A DNA stretch of 59,234 nucleotides from Octopus sinensis (Eukaryota), in contig NW_021832989.1 of assembly GCF_006345805.1 (NCBI RefSeq), positions 1-59,234 on the forward strand, read 5' to 3'. Position numbers and translations under genes: made by a program. The notes beneath the pieces are model-generated. The model worked only from the letters and a program-made list of their open reading frames with translations. It had not been told where the DNA came from and searched no databases. This document shows positions 54,011 through 59,234 of this stretch, one piece after another (position 1 is the first letter of the stretch; every line of letters begins with the position of its first letter).

Positions 54011-54531
54011 TATTACTATTATCAGCATATCTGTCACATATATATACACCTGTACCTTACCTATCACCATAAATACATCCCTCTATCAATTACAATAGTC
54101 ATATTAGTATCATTAGTGTTCACACATACTCCTTTTGCACCTTTAATTTTATCAATCAAACAAAGGAGCTTCGACCTGCTAGAAATAGTAGCCAATCATC
54201 TTATATTCTTAAATATGTTAAGGAAATATGAAGTAAGGTAGGGACTAACACTTTAAAGGGTGATCGCGACAGATTTTGTTATAGATTTTTCTCTACAAAG
54301 ATTGGCATGAGGCTAAACAATAACATAATGTACATTTTTTGCATTGTTATATCTAATATTCGCATAATATTACCATTAAATTATGCCATCAACTCAAAAC
54401 TACATTATCACTACTACAACGCTACACCACTGTTACGACTGCTACAATCTCGCTCCCGTCGCCACGTTTCGGCACCGTAGCCACCACTGCTACGGCAACG
54501 ATCAGTTCCACTACTACCATCGCTGCAACTT

Positions 54532-55190
54532 ACCACCAACACCACCACCACCACTACCATTACCACCGCCGCCGCTGCCGCTACCACCGCTGCCGCTACC
54601 ACCGCTGCCGCTACCACCGCTGCCGCTACCACCGCTGCCGCTACCACCGCTGCCGCTACCACCGCTGCCGCCGCTACCACCGCTGCCGCCGCTACCACCG
54701 CTGCCGCTACCACCGCTGCCGCTACCACCGCTGCCGCCGCTACCACCGCCGCTGCCGCTACCACCGCCGCTGCCGCTGCCGCCGCCACCACCACCACCCA
54801 CACACACCAAAACAACCACCACCACTACCATTACCACCGCCGCCGCCCGCTACAACGCGCCGCTACCACCGCTGCCGCTACCACCGCTGCCGCTACCACG
54901 CCGCCGCTACCACCGCCCCGTACCACCGCTGCCGCTAACACCGCTGCCGCTACCACCGCTGCGCCGCTGCCGCGCCGCTACCACCGCCGCTGCCGCTACA
55001 CACCGCGGCCGCTCCACCGCTGACGCTACCACCGCCGCTGCCGCTACCACCGCCGCTACCACCGCTGCCACCACCACCACACCACACCACCACCACACAC
55101 CACCACCAACAACAACAACAACAACACCTCAACCCCCCACACCCCACGCCCCACGCCCACACCACCCACCCCACCGCCACCACCACCTCA
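54532..55190 (+). repeat. GC-rich triplet mosaic dominated by the 15-mer ccaccgctgccgcta
   Basis: Direct reading; stop-free in several frames. Confidence 0.9.
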
Positions 55191-57850
55191 CCACTTTCAT
55201 ATATTGTACCACAACAATGATTGTTAATGTTCCGAAGATAATCGTCATTTCCGAAAAAGAAAACTGCTGCAAGATATTACACACAGCTTTTCTCTAGCTG
55301 TCACAGTGAAATACAAACCTTCAAATCTCCAATAATACATTACACACACTGCCTCCATTATCACAGCACCTACATATCACACTTACCCTATTTATAATTC
55401 TTTTCTCCACTTCAAAATCTCTCTTCAATCCCTCTTCAGTCACATTTCTCTCATCATCTCTCGCGCCATATCTCTCTATCTTTCCCCCCATCTCTCTCTC
55501 TCTCTCTAAGATCCTCTTTCTCTCTTCACCACTCAATCCCTCTGTATAAACATTTTACTCCCCTGTCTTCTCTTGTCTCTACCTGTTTTTCACTCGTTCA
55601 CTACGTCTCTCTCTCTGTCTCTCTGTCTCTGTGTCTCTCTCGCTATTTTCCCCAATCTCACTCCTTTTTTTTCATTTTTTCATTCATATAATCTTGTTTC
55701 TTCTTATCTTTTTCACTTCGTCTTGATTGTTGTTGATGGTGTCGTTCTTCTGTCTATCTTCTTTCCGAAATCCCATTCCCGCCACTACCACCCAACCAAC
55801 CACCAACCTCATTTTTTCTCACCTTGCAATATCTTCTAATACTTCTCCCTTTCATCGTACACTGACACCAGTTCACAAACAGACACACTGAAACACACTG
55901 AAACACACACACACACACATACACACACACGCGCGCACACACACACACGCACACACACACACACACACACGCGCACACGCACATACACGTACACACACAC
56001 ACACGCACACGCGCGCACACACATCATAACGTCTCAGCCGTTTAAGGAACACTCAAAACAGGCACATATGCAAACATACACTCAAAGACACACACACACA
56101 TACACTTACGTGCGCGTGCGTGCAGGATGTCACAGAAACAAAAAAAAAAAAACCTTCAGTCGTTTACTTCATATCTCCCTATCCCTCCATCCTCATCTAA
56201 CACACACACACACACACACACACATACATACACAGAGGCACACATGCATACACATGCAGACATAGAAAGCAGTAGTAGTAGTAAATGATCGACGACAGAC
56301 TGCCGTCGTGTGTAAAAGATGTCATTTCAAGTCGCCCGTTAGGCGAAGGGAGACACTTTCAGAATAATTGTTTGTGTTCGTTCCTATAGCGGCTGTCGCC
56401 TTGCCATCAAAAGATCCATCTGCCAACGATCAAACCCGACACACGACAAGCTAGGCGAGATATCATTGGAAGTGAATTGCCTAGAGGGGCGCGGAAACCT
56501 GAAATCATTTATATCCCTACACACCTCTCTCCCAGACTCTCACATCGTCTCCCCTCTCACACTCCCTGAATTTACTGTTTCACTCTCGTGGCTGACTGAC
56601 GATACGTCCATCTATCTATTTTGTGATACCTCTTCTTTTTTCCCTCTTCCTCTGTCTGTTTGTCTGTCTGTCTCTTTCTTTCTCTCTCTCTCTCTCTCTC
56701 TCTCTTTCTCCTTTCCCACTCTCTCTTTCTCCTTTTCCACTCTCTCTCTCACACACACAAACATGCATATATACGTAAAGACAATTTCCTTTACAACACA
56801 AATTTTACTCATCAAAATGATAACAGACACACGTGTCTTCTGAAGAGTGTGTGTGTGTGCATGGTTATATGTATGCAGGTGTGTGTGTGTGCATGGTTAT
56901 ATGTATGCAGGTGTGTGTGTGTGTGTGTTGTGTGTGTGTCGTGTGTTGTGTGTTGTGTGTGTATGTATGTGTGTGTGTATGTGTGTGTGTGTGTGTGTAT
57001 TTTGAAGTGATGGCACACACGAACAAACTGACTTTCACAAAGATACATTTATGTATGAAGTCCAGACATGCACTGAAAATAAATTCACGCACACATACTC
57101 GAACACAGACGCACATATACAAAATGTATTTTAAGTGCTTACAACACTCTTGACTTTCAAATGTATTTTTTCATGTTTATGTCTTGTATATGTTTTCTTG
57201 AAAGCATGTGCATATATATATATATATATGTGTGAAAACGGAAAAAAACTAAAAAGAGAACTTGACATATAAATAGATAGGCAAGAATTACGTTTAAAAA
57301 TGCAAAACGCAATTAGATACATACACGCACACCATGACATACGTTGAATAACATACATTTACAGCTAGGAATGCATGTACATATCAGCATGCATGTATAC
57401 ATGCACATGCACACACATACGCACACACGTGCTCGCACGCACGCACGCACGCACACACACACGCATGCTCGCACACACACACATGCACACAAACGTAGAC
57501 ACACATACACACACCCATCACCTAATAGAGAACCATATGTACTCTCCGGTTTATATAGAAAGGCGGGTACCAACACGCCCGCCTACATTCCGATTGCACA
57601 CGATAGTAAATCACTTCCTTCTCAGTATATCAACAAAGGTTTTTCAGTAATTACATACAACACAGATATATACTTCGAGTGATTTCAGATCTCTTAACAC
57701 AGCAGATCTTAGAAAAGATGTGCATTTAATTACAGTATACGCGCGCACAAACACTCACATGCGCGCACACGCACGCACACATACATACATACATAGATAC
57801 ATACATACATACATACTTACATAATACATACATAATACATACATAATACA

Positions 57851-57914
<64 letters not shown>

Positions 57915-57923
57915 ATATATATA

Positions 57924-57955
<32 letters not shown>

Positions 57956-58088
57956 TATATCACAACACATATATATATACATAGTATGCTAAATTTTTCT
58001 TGAGAACAATTCTTAGTGGTTGAGACTCATGCGGATCTCTCTTTAGCGTAATGGCATCCACATTTCTCTCTCATATATAATATATAAT

Positions 58089-58137
<49 letters not shown>

Positions 58138-58193
58138 TATATATATATATATATATATGTATATGTATTATATTATATATATATATATATATA

Positions 58194-58420
58194 CACAAGC
58201 AGTTACCCAAAAGTCACTTGACAGTAATTCAGGTCCATCTCATTCCAAGATTTATTTATGTTTAACATGAATTCAATAAAAACATCTAAGTATGAAACAT
58301 CATGAAATTGTTTGAAACTGAACTTCTTGAGCGACACGTTTCCATTCAGTCAAAACAGAATTGCTTATGGCATTTACGGAATTTTGATTTACTATCGGGG
58401 GACTTTTAGCCAAGCCTGTA
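58194..58420. mobile_element. Tc1/mariner-type MITE, degenerate
   Basis: Imperfect ~35-bp TIRs (aaaagtcacttgacagtaattca vs reverse-complement aaaagtcccccgatagtaaatca), in a TA-rich context. Confidence 0.5.
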
Positions 58421-58859
58421 TATATGTATATATATATATTATGGCCAGATAACCGAAGAGATGACGTTGTGGATTTCCACCTCGGCATCCGAAACTCATA
58501 GTTTTATCTTGGCTATTGAGTAATGTAACATATTATTTTACAGATAAATATCCCTATTTACATAATATTGAGGTCTCTTTCTTTCTTTTGCTATCTTACC
58601 TTACCGTTTTAAACAATATATATATATATATATGTGTGTGTTGTGTATATATATATATATATAATATATATTCATATTTATATATATATATATATATTAT
58701 ATTTATATATATATATACATATATGAATGTATGTATGCGTGTATGTATATGTAATACTATATATATAATTCCGTTTCATTTTTTTCTCTAACAAAAAATT
58801 TATAAAAAATTCATTGCTACCTTTAATCATTTAGGCCTCAAAATCACGGTTGTTTCTAA

Positions 58860-59234
58860 TTTGTCAGAGGTCCCATTTTTATGTTTCCCTAGATCTAAAC
58901 TCTCATTCTTGAAAACCGTGCAATAAGCTTAACGAAAATCTTTTCCACATATACAAACAACCATGCCACCTGCCCACACTGTTTAAAAACCTAAAACCTA
59001 ATTGATACCTCACTTCTAAAGGAATTTTTGTTAAGTCTGTCTCCTGCCACAACAATGCCCCAGATAATAGTGGTTCGAAAGATAAGTTATATTACAACCC
59101 TTCTAATAATAATACGAATGATAACAATTAACCTAAGAATAGGCTTATGAAAATAATTCAGTTCGCTCCCGCTTTTCCCTAAATGTTAGAAATAACATAG
59201 GTAAAAGATTCCTGTCTCTTTAGACAAGCACTTG
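58860..59234 (+). mobile_element. Penelope-like element fragment, same family as 14410-14830, running off the window
   Basis: aaaataatt...gttc...cttttccct..a.gt.a...a...ggtaaaagattcctgtctct...agacaa.ca is shared with 14420-14500. Confidence 0.75.

Noticed and set aside
54383-55297. 304-aa Pro-rich ORF, formin- or extensin-like at first glance
   Set aside because: It is entirely explained by a stop-free triplet mosaic; overlapping frames on both strands are also open, and no flanking domain or splice context is evident.

Overview
Eukaryotic, very AT-rich, microsatellite-saturated genomic DNA. The SINE families and the (AAT)n/(TATG)n/(TA)n load point to an octopus (coleoid cephalopod) genome; this is inferred, not verified. 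I find no confidently identifiable host protein-coding gene, rRNA, tRNA gene or CRISPR array, and nearly all listed ORFs are microsatellite artefacts. The explainable content is mostly decayed mobile DNA: three R4/Dong-clade LINE copies (32.8-43.0 kb), Penelope-like elements (PLEs), three L1/Tx1-clade fragments, an RTE fragment, a Tigger/pogo remnant, a non-autonomous Helitron, hAT- and mariner-type MITEs, and three tRNA-derived SINE families. The most interesting signals are four. (1) A ~550-bp non-coding repeat sits in (AAT)n arrays with the same strand polarity as the Dong LINEs and is a candidate non-autonomous partner. (2) A structurally complete minimal hammerhead-ribozyme motif lies at 21823-21857 (minus strand), with several decayed relatives tied to PLE ends and inverted repeats. 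(3) A ~540-bp block duplicated 5.3 kb apart carries a frame-preserved, splice-signal-flanked exon-like unit. (4) There is a nested, same-strand retroelement cluster at 32.8-43 kb.
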